A stretch of 64,000 nt of DNA, taken from Pontiella sp. Its GTDB lineage: Bacteria; Verrucomicrobiota; Kiritimatiellia; Kiritimatiellales; Pontiellaceae. The position numbers were made by a program, and so were the translations under genes. Below the pieces are notes generated by a model that worked only from the letters and a program-made list of their open reading frames with translations, was not told the DNA's origin and did no database searches. Position 1 is the stretch's first letter; every line of letters begins with the position of its first letter. The DNA is taken from the NCBI GenBank assembly GCA_050290185.1, contig JBNKHE010000001.1, positions 514,713 to 578,712 on the forward strand, written 5' to 3'. Below, piece after piece: positions 50,100-60,942 of this stretch.

Positions 50100-51113
50100 T
50101 CAATCTAAAGCGGACAGCCGTTCGGCAATTTCTTCCAGCAAGGCCTGCTGATAGCTTCTGCGGGCGAGGTCTTCCGGCTCGCAGTGCATCATGACCTCGT
50201 GCTTGAGCTCCTTGTTGATGCGGTCGTATTGGTGAATGAGCTCCGGAGTAAAAACCAGCGGCTCGGTGATGGGGGTCACTTCCGGTGTATAGCCCATCTG
50301 CTTCATCGTATCCCCGACCACGGATTCAACAATATGGATTTGATCAAAAGAAAGCCCTTTGCGGAACTGGCCGATCCGCGAACTCATGATCGGTTTTCCG
50401 ACGTTTTCCCACAACTTGCTGGCATGCGCCGCCTCCCAGGCAGCCCGGCTGTGATAGAATTCCTGCTGGGCCGCGCAGTAGTCCAATCCCATAAAGGCCA
50501 TCAGTTTATTCAGTTCCCGCACGGAATCAGTCACCAAAGCTTCGTAACTCAACGAATAAAAGCGCTCGGAACCAACCAGTTCTCTGGCTTCCAGACACAA
50601 TCGCTGCAGTTCCGCCCATCTTTTAGCAATGAAGTAAGGGTGCTTCTCCCCCACCACCGCTTTGGTGAACGAGAGACACACGTCACGAGGGTCCCGGTAG
50701 AGATAGATGTACAACGGATCCTCGAAATAGCGCTCCAGATCATCGACCCAGCGTACATTCTGCATGCTCTTGCAAATCCAATGATCCGCGTGCTCGGCTT
50801 CCGCATACAAGTCCATCACAGCCCCATAGACGGCGACCACACTGCGTTCACGGCACTGCTGGAATATTTTATCTTCATCCAGTTCGACCGCATCCCACGG
50901 CACAGGGTTGCGATGGATGAGTTCGCACACGTCTTCGATCAACTGCATAAAGACCGCATCGTCATTGAGATCACCATACCCATGCCTCAGCGGCATCATA
51001 CGTTGCAGGATATGCGGGGGATGCGGCGCCGTAACCCGAGGGTGCTGTTCAAGCATCAGGCGCAACAGGTTGGAACCCGAACGCTGTTCCCCTATCATGA
51101 ATACTGCTTTCAT
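50100..51113 (-). CDS. PAPS-dependent sulfotransferase family protein
   Basis: 5'-PSB-like GEQRSGSNLL, 3'-PB-like RDPRDVCLS, SYEALV; no signal peptide. Confidence 0.88.
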   Translation of the reverse strand: MKAVFMIGEQRSGSNLLRLMLEQHPRVTAPHPPHILQRMMPLRHGYGDLNDDAVFMQLIEDVCELIHRNPVPWDAVELDEDKIFQQCRERSVVAVYGAVMDLYAEAEHADHWICKSMQNVRWVDDLERYFEDPLYIYLYRDPRDVCLSFTKAVVGEKHPYFIAKRWAELQRLCLEARELVGSERFYSLSYEALVTDSVRELNKLMAFMGLDYCAAQQEFYHSRAAWEAAHASKLWENVGKPIMSSRIGQFRKGLSFDQIHIVESVVGDTMKQMGYTPEVTPITEPLVFTPELIHQYDRINKELKHEVMMHCEPEDLARRSYQQALLEEIAERLSALD

Positions 51114-51139
51114 AACCGCTCTCTTCCCTATTTCATGGT

Positions 51140-52411
51140 TTATCCAAAAAAGAAACCGATCACCCCGGCAACGGGAATGATCCAAATAATGTCCACCTTG
51201 TATCTGAATTGTGCCGTAAACGACAGCAAGAAGACAGCCAACACCATGGCCGTCGCTGCCCAGGAGCCTTCCCCATGCGGCCAAGCCAGCCGGAAAATGC
51301 TGATAAAAGCCCCGAAAATGAGGCCGATTACCGCCACTCGGATCCCTTTCAAGGCCGCCTGCAGCATTTTAGAACGCTTCATTTCCTCCAGCATGCCGGC
51401 CAGCAGGACCATCAGTGTGGCGGGAGGGGCAAATATTGCCACTGTGGAAAGCAACGCACCGGGAATGCCAGCCACCTTTTGCCCGATGAACAAGGCGCTG
51501 ATCAAAATAGGCCCCGGGGTAATCTGCCCTAGGGCGATCCCGTCGATAAATTCCTTCGAAGTCAACCAACCAAAATGATCGACGACTACCTCCTGTATCA
51601 TGGGAATGAAGACATAGCCGCCCCCGAAGAGCGTCAGGCTCATGCTACTGAAGGTGGTTATCAGTGCGACCAAGCCGTTTTGATCGCCCGGACAGGGCAC
51701 AATGCCCAGCAGGGCCACGCATCCAAGCAGGGAAAAACCTACCATACGGCATCTTTGCAACGACTTACAAACTTTCGGCGCGACCTCCGGCAGCGTTTCG
51801 TCCGCCGGCACCTGCGCCGAACCTTCGTGATGCCGGGATGAAAACCGGTAGAACAGAAAACCGGCTACGCCGTACAAGGCCACCAAACCAAACGTGGCGT
51901 AGGCGCGAACCGCCTTCGGCAGGAATAAAAGCAGTATCACGACGAGGGCACACGCTGCCAGCGCTCCGCGCGATTTCAGGTTCTTACCGCCCATCTTCAG
52001 GCAGACATTCAGGACGATGGCGGCCACGGCCGGCAGGATGCCCGCGAAGATCCGTTCGACCGTCGGCAGAGTGCCGTATAGAAAATATAAGTGGGTCAGC
52101 ACGATCATCAGGAGCGTGGTGGGCAACAGCACCGCAAACGCACAGACCAGAGCCCCAAGCCCGCCGCGCAGGCGATATCCTACGTAGGCCACCGTGTTTA
52201 CCGCCATCGGACCGGGCAACAGGTTGGCCAGCGCAATGCCGTCGAGCATGTCCCCCTCGGACAGCCATTTGCGCTTTTCAACCACCTGGCTTTCAATCAT
52301 CGACACCAGCGACATGAAGCCGCCGAATGAAACGCATCCGATCTTCAGGAAACATGAGAAAAGAGATGGTAAGGATGGGGATGCCACGATGGCAAGGCTC
52401 CTCTCAGCCAA
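51140..52411 (-). CDS. chrA: Chromate ion transporter (long-chain CHR family)
   Basis: Two CHR domains: SFGG...LPGP and FGGGY...ITPGP. Confidence 0.92.
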   Translation of the reverse strand: MAERSLAIVASPSLPSLFSCFLKIGCVSFGGFMSLVSMIESQVVEKRKWLSEGDMLDGIALANLLPGPMAVNTVAYVGYRLRGGLGALVCAFAVLLPTTLLMIVLTHLYFLYGTLPTVERIFAGILPAVAAIVLNVCLKMGGKNLKSRGALAACALVVILLLFLPKAVRAYATFGLVALYGVAGFLFYRFSSRHHEGSAQVPADETLPEVAPKVCKSLQRCRMVGFSLLGCVALLGIVPCPGDQNGLVALITTFSSMSLTLFGGGYVFIPMIQEVVVDHFGWLTSKEFIDGIALGQITPGPILISALFIGQKVAGIPGALLSTVAIFAPPATLMVLLAGMLEEMKRSKMLQAALKGIRVAVIGLIFGAFISIFRLAWPHGEGSWAATAMVLAVFLLSFTAQFRYKVDIIWIIPVAGVIGFFFG

Positions 52412-52451
52412 CTTGCATCAACAAGATGCCTGCGGCAAATCTTGGTGTCTT

Positions 52452-53915
52452 CTAGGGAACGATGGGTTGAGAGGCCTCATCGCCCGCGCCCAAATCTATC
52501 AGCAACTTCTTTGGAGAGAGGTCTTTCCCTTTAAAAGCCGAATAGTCCGGGGCATATTTATATGCACGAAAGACCGTATTTTCAGCTCCCGGAGGCAACG
52601 TATTCCACTCTTCAAGCCTTTTAAGTTTTGGCCCGGTTGGAAATATGGGATCGATATACTCCCACACACGATTTCCATTCACATCAAGTTCGATAATCCT
52701 TCCGTACAATCCGGCACAGATCAGCGTACCGCCGTTTGTTAAGCGTTGAACACCCGATAAATTTGAAGAATAAAACAATGAGTCAGGTGCCCCAGTGTAT
52801 TCCCATACCACCTCACAGGGGGGATAGACGCCATCCGCCGTCGGAACCGGCCATGCTCCAGAGTCGGTTAGGGGTGGTTTGAGCTCTAAAACGGAAGAAT
52901 ACATCGCATAACCAGCTGGGGCGGGATTTTGATTATTAAAGACCAGAATGTTACCGGAACCCCGGAGTCCCTTTCCAATCCAGTGCGGATCATGTTGACC
53001 GAACAAGGTCTGATCCACCTCTGAGCCTTTTCCGTAGCGGCGAGGATTGCCCCAGCGATAGACCAGCTCCCCCGTTTTTCTGGATAGCACCCATATTTCA
53101 CTGAATCCATGTGACGACAGGAGTATCTCATTCCTGTCCGGATTATATGACACCGCATTGATATGCAATAAATCCGAAACCGGCGTGTTTCCCCTGAACT
53201 GATTCACGTCCAAACGATCCGGATGTTCTGCTGGATCACCAAAATTTCGGCATTTCTCGTTATAGTTCTGAATCAGATGGTCCCAAGCGCACCATCGCCA
53301 AACTACTTCTCCCGTGGTTTTCCCCGTGGGTTTTACTTCATATATCGCATCGACCCACATTTCATTATTGGGAATAGTATCTGGGTTTCTGCCTGCCGCC
53401 ACCGACTCTTGAAAGGACTTCCTCTCCCACACCGTGACCAGCGTGTTACCATTCGGCAACCGCTCAACATCGTGGTGCATGCGCTTAACCGTACGGTCGG
53501 TAGAATATTCCCAGACAACCTCTCCATCCCAAGTGAGTTCCTGAATCACATTGCCAACCTCTACCGCTGAAGTCCTCACTGTGCGCAGCAGATTCCCATT
53601 GGGCAACAGGTAGGCGGTCATCGCGGTGATTTTGTCGTTATCCCACTGATGCACAATATACCCATTGTTATCGATGAGATAAGTAGCTGTAATTGCTCTA
53701 GTTGCGATCAAGACATACCCATCGCTTACCCCTTCAGTCTTGAGAATCACACCTGTCTTGCTAGGTCGAGTCATAGCATTTTTCAACGTAGGTAACGGAC
53801 CGGGCACTGGGGGCAAATCCAGTTGCCCAAGCACTGTCACTGCAGGAAGGGCTACAATGCCGGCCAACACGATGGCACGAACCATCACGTTCCTTTGAAT
53901 CCGGAAACTTCTCAT
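52452..53915 (-). CDS. Exported arylsulfate sulfotransferase (ASST-like)
   Basis: Signal-like N-terminus; HHDVERLPNGN, LHINAV, GQHDPHW, QRLTNG motifs; GAGG RBS. Confidence 0.82.
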   Translation of the reverse strand: MRSFRIQRNVMVRAIVLAGIVALPAVTVLGQLDLPPVPGPLPTLKNAMTRPSKTGVILKTEGVSDGYVLIATRAITATYLIDNNGYIVHQWDNDKITAMTAYLLPNGNLLRTVRTSAVEVGNVIQELTWDGEVVWEYSTDRTVKRMHHDVERLPNGNTLVTVWERKSFQESVAAGRNPDTIPNNEMWVDAIYEVKPTGKTTGEVVWRWCAWDHLIQNYNEKCRNFGDPAEHPDRLDVNQFRGNTPVSDLLHINAVSYNPDRNEILLSSHGFSEIWVLSRKTGELVYRWGNPRRYGKGSEVDQTLFGQHDPHWIGKGLRGSGNILVFNNQNPAPAGYAMYSSVLELKPPLTDSGAWPVPTADGVYPPCEVVWEYTGAPDSLFYSSNLSGVQRLTNGGTLICAGLYGRIIELDVNGNRVWEYIDPIFPTGPKLKRLEEWNTLPPGAENTVFRAYKYAPDYSAFKGKDLSPKKLLIDLGAGDEASQPIVP

Positions 53916-54249
53916 AATACAATCCTCATGAATTTTTTGTTTAAGTCTGAAAAAAGGCACCGCTGATGCTCTCCGGCCGAATCGTTGATGGAAATGTGTA
54001 ATACAAACAATAAAATCCAATTTATCAGTTTAATACCGCAAGGCTACATAAATTCGTGCTAATTCCTGCACCAGGGAAGAACGATACAAAACCAGCGGCA
54101 ACAACCCAGGTCCAGTTAACCCATGTTGCCAGAATCGGCCCGGGCATTTTAGACATCGGGATATGTTAGCCCCGATTTCAAGCGAACACCATGATCTGAT
54201 CCAGCCCTGCCGGGGTTGATGGATTTGAACGTAAAAGGCGCAAAGTCCC

Positions 54250-55265
54250 GATCAGCATCTGAACAAAGCTCGCGAAGAGCTTCTGGAGGTGCGACGCAAC
54301 AAGGAAACTGCCTTGAACAGCTTCCCGGAGTTCATTCCCGCCGCACTCAGCACCGCGTTGGGTTCGTCGCCTTCGATTTCCGTGAGCCAGCACCGGCCCA
54401 TCCGCTACTCCTGCTTGAGGCCGATTCCCGGCTCGATGGCGACGAGACGTTTCATCCATTTCCAGAGGTTTTTCGGTATCGTACCCCGCGCCGCCGCTTG
54501 TCGACACGGATCTCGCAACCCCCGGCGTAACCATGAAGCAGCGAGCAACCCCGCGAGTTCGGAGTCGACAACGACCGCCTTGCGCTCAATGTTCCAAACG
54601 CCGAAGCCAAGGATGGAGTGCAGCTTACGGGTTTCACGGTGGGCCCGGTCCAACTGACGGGCATGGGTATAGCACTGGCTCTTGACCAGATGCTCCTTCG
54701 CCTTGCGGTTGTAGCTCTGCCGCAGTTCGATCCCTCACGCATCCGCTGCAACAACCAGTCGAGCGCGTGCCAGGTCGTAGAGCCTCTCGTCAATCGTAAA
54801 TCGGATCTCCTGGTTCTGCACCATGGCATCTACGTTAACCCGATTGAGCTCGTACGGCCTGATCGCCTTGAGCCGGAGTCCGGCAGGATGGTTTCTTTCA
54901 GCAGCGCATCGCCGATTGTTTGCGAAAGCGCGTCATTCTCGACGGATCAACCGATTGGCTGTGCTCGCAGTACTGATTGCCAGACGGCCGTTGCCTTCAC
55001 AATACGTTTCGCCGAAGATCTCGGCGAGCCTTTGCCTGGCGACCTCCCTGCCATGACGGACAAGTGGATGGGAGAAATCAAGGATGCAATTAAGCTCGCT
55101 GCGGAACAGACCTCCGCGGATGCGGGGCGGTTTCAGGCTACTTCATGAGAGACTATTTGCAAGGTTTCGGCATCTGTTCGATCTATTCCTTGAAAACAAT
55201 CATCCCGCACATCCTAGCTTCCGGTCTGAAAATATTGAGTCAAATGGATTATTCAGCACCGACTA
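54250..55265 (-). mobile_element. IS5-family element remnant (stops, frameshifts, deletions)
   Basis: Fragments HPLV, DPSRMTRFRK, RVNVDAMVQ, GIELRQSY, HARQ, AIEPGIG, NAVLSAAGMN; end-like TAGTCGGTGCTGAATAA near 55265. Confidence 0.78.
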
Positions 55266-55440
55266 GGTTAGATTTTGGAGCATGATTCCATAAGTGAAAG
55301 GATAAGAGTCATGAAAAACAGTCGTAATTATATATGGAACAATCCTACTGAACGGACGTGATCTCACTTTTTTATCAGTAAGATCCATCAACTATTATTT
55401 CGGAGCTAAATCCTTTCCAGAGAAAGCATGTAAAAAACCC

Positions 55441-56121
55441 CTAGGAACCCTTCACCTCCCCCTCCACCACAAAATCGATGATTAGCTTAGTCAAAGCCTC
55501 TCGTTGCCCGGATTTGAAGATGTGCTGCGCGTGCTCCGCCCCATCTAGAACTACAAATTCCTTTGGGCCGGCCGAGCGGTCACAAAGAGTCTTTACTGTA
55601 TCATAGAGCCCAAGGCGATCGTTTTTAGATACGATGAATAACTTGTCGATACGCTCTGATTTAATGGGCGTGCCTCCCGCAGGAGCCAGTAGAATGACTT
55701 TCGAAATTTTCTGATCAGGCCGCCCTTCCAAAACATCAAGCACGGCGGTTCCCCCCATGCTTCCGCCCACAAGTATGATGTGTTTAAATCCCCTTCCCTT
55801 CAGGAAATCGATTGCTGACAAAACATCACTTGGGGTTTTTCCATCCAAGGACAGGGAAGCGACATCCAGCTTTTGTAAGCGTCTGGCCAGAAAAAACCAG
55901 CTCTCTTTGTCAAATACGGCTCCCGGCACAAAAATAACCGCATTATCCCGCACTCCTTTAAAATACGCCGCATCTCTCTCAACGCCCGTTTTTGAAGTAA
56001 TATTTATGATCTCGCATCCGGAGTTATCCTCCGATGCACCATCAGCATGATCTGATTCGCCAGTTGACGAAAAAACCACGGCAAACATTCCGACCAAACC
56101 AACCAACCATCTTTTTTTCAT
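55441..56121 (-). CDS. Exported small alpha/beta hydrolase
   Basis: Signal peptide, nucleophile elbow GGSMGG, candidate Asp (KND) and His (EHA). Confidence 0.8.
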   Translation of the reverse strand: MKKRWLVGLVGMFAVVFSSTGESDHADGASEDNSGCEIINITSKTGVERDAAYFKGVRDNAVIFVPGAVFDKESWFFLARRLQKLDVASLSLDGKTPSDVLSAIDFLKGRGFKHIILVGGSMGGTAVLDVLEGRPDQKISKVILLAPAGGTPIKSERIDKLFIVSKNDRLGLYDTVKTLCDRSAGPKEFVVLDGAEHAQHIFKSGQREALTKLIIDFVVEGEVKGS

Positions 56122-56670
56122 ATGACCTCCCTATCCATTGCCCGAACGGGAAAGAGAAACCGCTTCACGATCCGAAAGTATGCTCGAGCAGATTATGCTC
56201 GAAGCTCGCGATGCTCGCGCAACACGCTATACCATCTGGATATATCATAAAATATTGATCTGCCAACTCAGAATCACTCAAGGCCTTTTAGAACAGTTTA
56301 ACAACGGGACTTCCCGCTGGAACGTTTCCATAGGCAAGGTATATTGCATGATACACTCGAATCACGATCCAGACCAGATTTTGCTGGCACTGGACTCCTC
56401 GGTGCCCGTTCTATATATGAATCACTTTTCGTTTGATAGGGATTATCTTTGTCGTCTCCCCCTCATTTTGTGGCCAATCTACCCCAGTCTACAGCGGCCA
56501 TTCATGTACCGTATATCCCTTGATTTTTTACTCATATTCCTACCCATTGTGAAAGTGGCGCACGGTAAAATCTTCATTCACCTACAGATCTAGGTGCATA
56601 CCGGCCAGCGCATGTACAAGCTGAAGGAGATTTGTCCTAGGTTAATTCTGGGAATCTGCGGATCGCGCAC

Positions 56671-56702
56671 AAAAAAAGGCGCCCCGGGTAGGGACGCCTT
56701 TT
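56671..56702 (-). terminator. rpoC terminator
   Basis: AAAAAAAGGCGCCCC...GGGACGCCTTTT. Confidence 0.85.
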
Positions 56703-56722
56703 CGCCTGGTTGGATTCAACCG

Positions 56723-59700
56723 TTAGTCTTCGTCGGAATTTTCCGTGAAGGCGAGCGGATCACCGAGCACGTCTTCGACGGAGATTTCCTCGCCGAGCTT
56801 GACGGGCTTGATATCGCGATACATCGGGAAACCGGTACCGGCCGGAATCAAGCGGCCCATGATCACGTTTTCCTTGAAGCCGCGCAGATGGTCGACCATA
56901 CCGAACGTCGCCGCTTTCGTAAGAACACGGGTGGTGTCCTGGAACGAAGCCGCCGAAATGAACGATTCGGTTTCGAGCGCAGCCTTGGTGATGCCGAGCA
57001 GAACCGGGGAGGCTTCCGCAGGACGGCGGCCTTCGGCCACAGCCTTTTGGTTGACTTCCTGGAAGGTCTGCTTTTCGACCTGTTCGCCCCAAAGGAATTC
57101 CGTGTCTCCCGGATCGGTAATCTTGACCTTGCGAAGCATCTGGCGAACGATCACCTCGATGTGCTTGTCGTTGATTTCCACACCCTGCAGACGGTAAACC
57201 GCCTGCACTTCGTTCACGAGGTATTCCTGCAGATCCTGCGGACCGCAGACTTCGAGCAGCTCCTGAGGAATGATCGGACCTTCGGTCAGTTGCTGTCCCT
57301 TGTGGACAAAGTCGCCTGGGAACACGATCACGTGCTTATTCATCGGAATGAGGTGTTCTTCCTCGGCGCCGGTGACGGTGTCGCGAACGATGAGCTTGCG
57401 CTTACCCTTGGCAATGCCCCCCAGCTCGACGATGCCTTCGATCTTGGCGATCTCGGCAGCTTCCTTCGGCGTACGGGCTTCGACCAGTTCGGCCACACGC
57501 GGCAAACCACCGGTAATATCCTTGGTACGGACCGTTTTACGCGGCGTACGGGCCAACGTATGACCCGCGCTGATCGGTTCACCTTCCTTGATCATCACCT
57601 GGGCTCCGGCCGGGATGGAGTAGAAACCCTTTTCTTTATTCTTTCCGACGATCACGATTTGCGGATGGAGGTCTTCCTTATGCTCCATGACGGTCAGACC
57701 TTCAACACCGGTTGCTTCATCGACGGTCTTCTGAACGGTTACCCCTTCAATAAAGTCGTTGAATTCGAGCTTACCCGTGTGCTCAGAAAGGATCGGAACG
57801 GAGTAAGGATCCCACTCGACAAATGTTTCGCCGGCCTTGACTTCGCCGCCATCATCAACCGAAACCAGCGCGCCGATAACCATGGCATAGCGTTCCAGCT
57901 CGCGGCCTTCGTCGTCAACAATGATAATGTTACCGTTCTTGTTGAGCACGACGTTCCTGCCATCAACCTTAACGGCGCGGACGTTTTCATACTTTGCCGT
58001 ACCACCGGATTTGGCGGTTATTTTCGGCTGCTTAAACACGGAACTGGCGGTACCCCCGATGTGGAAAGTACGCATGGTCAGCTGCGTACCCGGCTCACCG
58101 ATCGACTGAGCGGCAATGATCCCTACGGGCTGACCAAGCTGTGCCGGCAGGCCGGTGGCCAGATTCTTACCGTAGCACTTGGCACAAACGCCACGACGGG
58201 ATTCGCAGGTCAGCACACTGCGGATCACAACGGTTTCAACCCCGGCGCTTTCCACCTTGCGGGCAGAATACTTGTCGATCAGCTCGCTGGCGGCAACGAT
58301 GACCTCCAGCGTATGCGGGTTGCAGATGTCTTCCGCGGCAGTACGGCCGATTATACGTGTGGCCAGAGAAACGAGTTCGTCGTCACCTTCGACAATCGCG
58401 CTGACTTCAATGCCGTTAAGGGTATGGCAGTTTTCCTCGGTAATGATGATGTCATGCGAGACATCGACCAGTTTACGGGTGAGGTAACCGGAGTCGGCCG
58501 TCTTCAACGCGGTATCAGCAAGACCCTTACGGGCACCGTGTGTCGAGATGAAGTATTCGAGTACGGACAGACCTTCGCGGAAGTTTGACAGAATCGGACG
58601 TTCGATAATTTCACCGGACGGCTTCGCCATCAGGCCACGCATGCCCGCCAACTGACGAATCTGCTGGCGGCTGCCGCGGGCGCCGGAGTCGACCATCACG
58701 AAGACCGGGTTCAACTCGTCCTTGGACTGCACGTTCATCGGGTCATCGTTGTTTTCCAACACACCGAACAGCTTGTTCGTCAGCTTATCGTTCGTGTCGG
58801 TCCAGATGTCGATGATCATGTTGTAGCGTTCGCCTTCGGTAATCAGACCCTTGCGATGCTTGTTTTCAACCTCTTCGATCTCTTTACGAGCCGCTGCGAT
58901 CATTTCGCCCTTGTCCTGCGGAATGATCATGTCGCAAAGACCGATGGACATTCCAGACAGTGTGGCATTTTCATAGCCGAGATTCTTAAGATCGTCCAGA
59001 ACCCGAACGGTTTCGTTGTGTCCGGCGATTTCGTAGCACTGTTCGATCAGGTTCGCGACCACCTTCTTGGTGCCGGTCTTGTTCACAAAACCCATTTCAT
59101 CCGGCCATACTTCGTTAAAGAAGATTCGGCCAACAGTAGTCAGGATCACAGAACGATCCTTGTCACCGTTGCGGGTTTCGCGCTGATAGTCCGGATTGCG
59201 GAAGCGGACGCGGTCGTGCACCTTGACCACGCCTTCGTCGTACGCCGTATGAACTTCATTGACGTCGTTCATGATACGCAGGTGTTCGACTTCCTGCTTT
59301 TTACCCTGTTTGCGATCCATCAGGTAGCTCTGCGATTCGGACGTCATGAAGTAGCAGCCCAGAGCGATGTCCTGCGTAGGCGTCGTAACCGGCTTTCCGC
59401 TCGACGGCGAGAAGATGTTATTGGAGGCGAGCATCAGACTCTTCGACTCGACCTGCGCCTCAACGGACAGCGGGACGTGTACTGCCATCTGGTCACCGTC
59501 AAAGTCGGCGTTGTAGGCGGTACATACGAGCGGGTGCAGCTGGATGGCTTCGCCCTCGATGAGGATCGGCTCAAACGACTGGATCGAAAGACGGTGAAGC
59601 GTCGGAGCACGGTTAAGCATAACCGTGTGGCCACGGGTCACCTGATCGAGGATATCCCATACGACGTCTTCTTCTCGCTCGATCATCTTCTTTGCACTGC

Positions 59701-60895
59701 GGACCGTGTGCACAATGCCACGTTCCTTCAGGCGGCGAATGATGAAAGGTTCGAACAGGACGAGAGCCATCTTCTTCGGCAGGCCGCACTGATTCAGCTT
59801 CAGGGTCGGGCCGACGACGATAACGGAACGGCCGGAATAGTCGACGCGCTTACCGAGCAGGTTCTGACGAAAACGGCCTTGCTTACCCTTAAGCATGTCG
59901 CTCAAGGATTTCAGCGGGCGATTCCCCGGACCGGTTACGGCGCGGCCATGACGACCGTTGTCGAACAGGGCATCAACCGATTGCTGCAGCATCCGTTTTT
60001 CGTTGCGGATGATCACTTCCGGCGTCTTGAGGGCCAGGAGCGTACGCAAACGGTTGTTACGGTTGATGACACGACGGTAAAGGTCGTTGAGATCCGAGGT
60101 GGCAAAACGGCCGCCTTCGAGCGGAACCAACGGACGCAGATCCGGCGGGATGACGGGCAGCACTTCCATGATCATCCACTCGGGACGCGAGTTACTCTTG
60201 ATGAAACCTTCCATCAGCTTCATCTGGTTGACGAGCTTCTTGCGCGTTTGCTTCGAGCGCGTGTTCATCATCGCTTCTTCGAGTTCCACCAGCATCTTGG
60301 CCGGATCGATCTGGGTAAGCAGTTCCCGTACGCCTTCGGCGCCGATCTTGGCCACGAAACTTTCGTCGCCATAGTTGGCGAGGGCTTCGCGGTATTCCTC
60401 TTCGGAAAGAAGCTGCTTTTCCTTGAGCGGGGTTTCACCGGGGTCAACCACAATGTAGTTGTCGTAGTAGAGCACGCGCTCGAGGTTGCGCATGGTCATA
60501 TCAAGAATCAAGCCCATGCGGCTGGGCGTGGCCTTGAAGAACCAGATATGCGAGACCGGAACGGCGAGCTCGATGTGAGCCATGCGTTCGCGGCGAACGC
60601 GCGACAGAGTTACTTCAACACCACACCGGTCGCAGATTACGCCCTTGTGCTTGATGCGCTTGTACTTGCCGCACGAACATTCCCAGTCCTTCGTCGGACC
60701 AAAGATGCGTTCGCAGAACAACCCCCCCTTTTCGGGCTTGAATGTTCTGTAGTTAATCGTTTCCGGGTTCCGGACTTCTCCGTGGCTCCACGAACGGATA
60801 GCTTCGGGCGACGCGAGCGTGATGTTCGCGAAGTCGTTCTGTTCGTCCATGTTCGGGCCAAAGATATCGGCAACGCTGCTTGAATTATTTTCCAC
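56723..60895 (-). CDS. rpoC: RNA polymerase beta' subunit
   Basis: [31 protein letters not shown]. Confidence 0.99.
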   Translation of the reverse strand: MENNSSSVADIFGPNMDEQNDFANITLASPEAIRSWSHGEVRNPETINYRTFKPEKGGLFCERIFGPTKDWECSCGKYKRIKHKGVICDRCGVEVTLSRVRRERMAHIELAVPVSHIWFFKATPSRMGLILDMTMRNLERVLYYDNYIVVDPGETPLKEKQLLSEEEYREALANYGDESFVAKIGAEGVRELLTQIDPAKMLVELEEAMMNTRSKQTRKKLVNQMKLMEGFIKSNSRPEWMIMEVLPVIPPDLRPLVPLEGGRFATSDLNDLYRRVINRNNRLRTLLALKTPEVIIRNEKRMLQQSVDALFDNGRHGRAVTGPGNRPLKSLSDMLKGKQGRFRQNLLGKRVDYSGRSVIVVGPTLKLNQCGLPKKMALVLFEPFIIRRLKERGIVHTVRSAKKMIEREEDVVWDILDQVTRGHTVMLNRAPTLHRLSIQSFEPILIEGEAIQLHPLVCTAYNADFDGDQMAVHVPLSVEAQVESKSLMLASNNIFSPSSGKPVTTPTQDIALGCYFMTSESQSYLMDRKQGKKQEVEHLRIMNDVNEVHTAYDEGVVKVHDRVRFRNPDYQRETRNGDKDRSVILTTVGRIFFNEVWPDEMGFVNKTGTKKVVANLIEQCYEIAGHNETVRVLDDLKNLGYENATLSGMSIGLCDMIIPQDKGEMIAAARKEIEEVENKHRKGLITEGERYNMIIDIWTDTNDKLTNKLFGVLENNDDPMNVQSKDELNPVFVMVDSGARGSRQQIRQLAGMRGLMAKPSGEIIERPILSNFREGLSVLEYFISTHGARKGLADTALKTADSGYLTRKLVDVSHDIIITEENCHTLNGIEVSAIVEGDDELVSLATRIIGRTAAEDICNPHTLEVIVAASELIDKYSARKVESAGVETVVIRSVLTCESRRGVCAKCYGKNLATGLPAQLGQPVGIIAAQSIGEPGTQLTMRTFHIGGTASSVFKQPKITAKSGGTAKYENVRAVKVDGRNVVLNKNGNIIIVDDEGRELERYAMVIGALVSVDDGGEVKAGETFVEWDPYSVPILSEHTGKLEFNDFIEGVTVQKTVDEATGVEGLTVMEHKEDLHPQIVIVGKNKEKGFYSIPAGAQVMIKEGEPISAGHTLARTPRKTVRTKDITGGLPRVAELVEARTPKEAAEIAKIEGIVELGGIAKGKRKLIVRDTVTGAEEEHLIPMNKHVIVFPGDFVHKGQQLTEGPIIPQELLEVCGPQDLQEYLVNEVQAVYRLQGVEINDKHIEVIVRQMLRKVKITDPGDTEFLWGEQVEKQTFQEVNQKAVAEGRRPAEASPVLLGITKAALETESFISAASFQDTTRVLTKAATFGMVDHLRGFKENVIMGRLIPAGTGFPMYRDIKPVKLGEEISVEDVLGDPLAFTENSDED

Positions 60896-60942
60896 CGGTG
60901 TTCCTCCTGCGGTCTAATATAATGGGTCGTGTGATGCGTTTA

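Noticed and set aside
56138..56593. 151-aa plus-strand ORF
   Set aside because: TTG start, no RBS or motif; looks like decayed island DNA.
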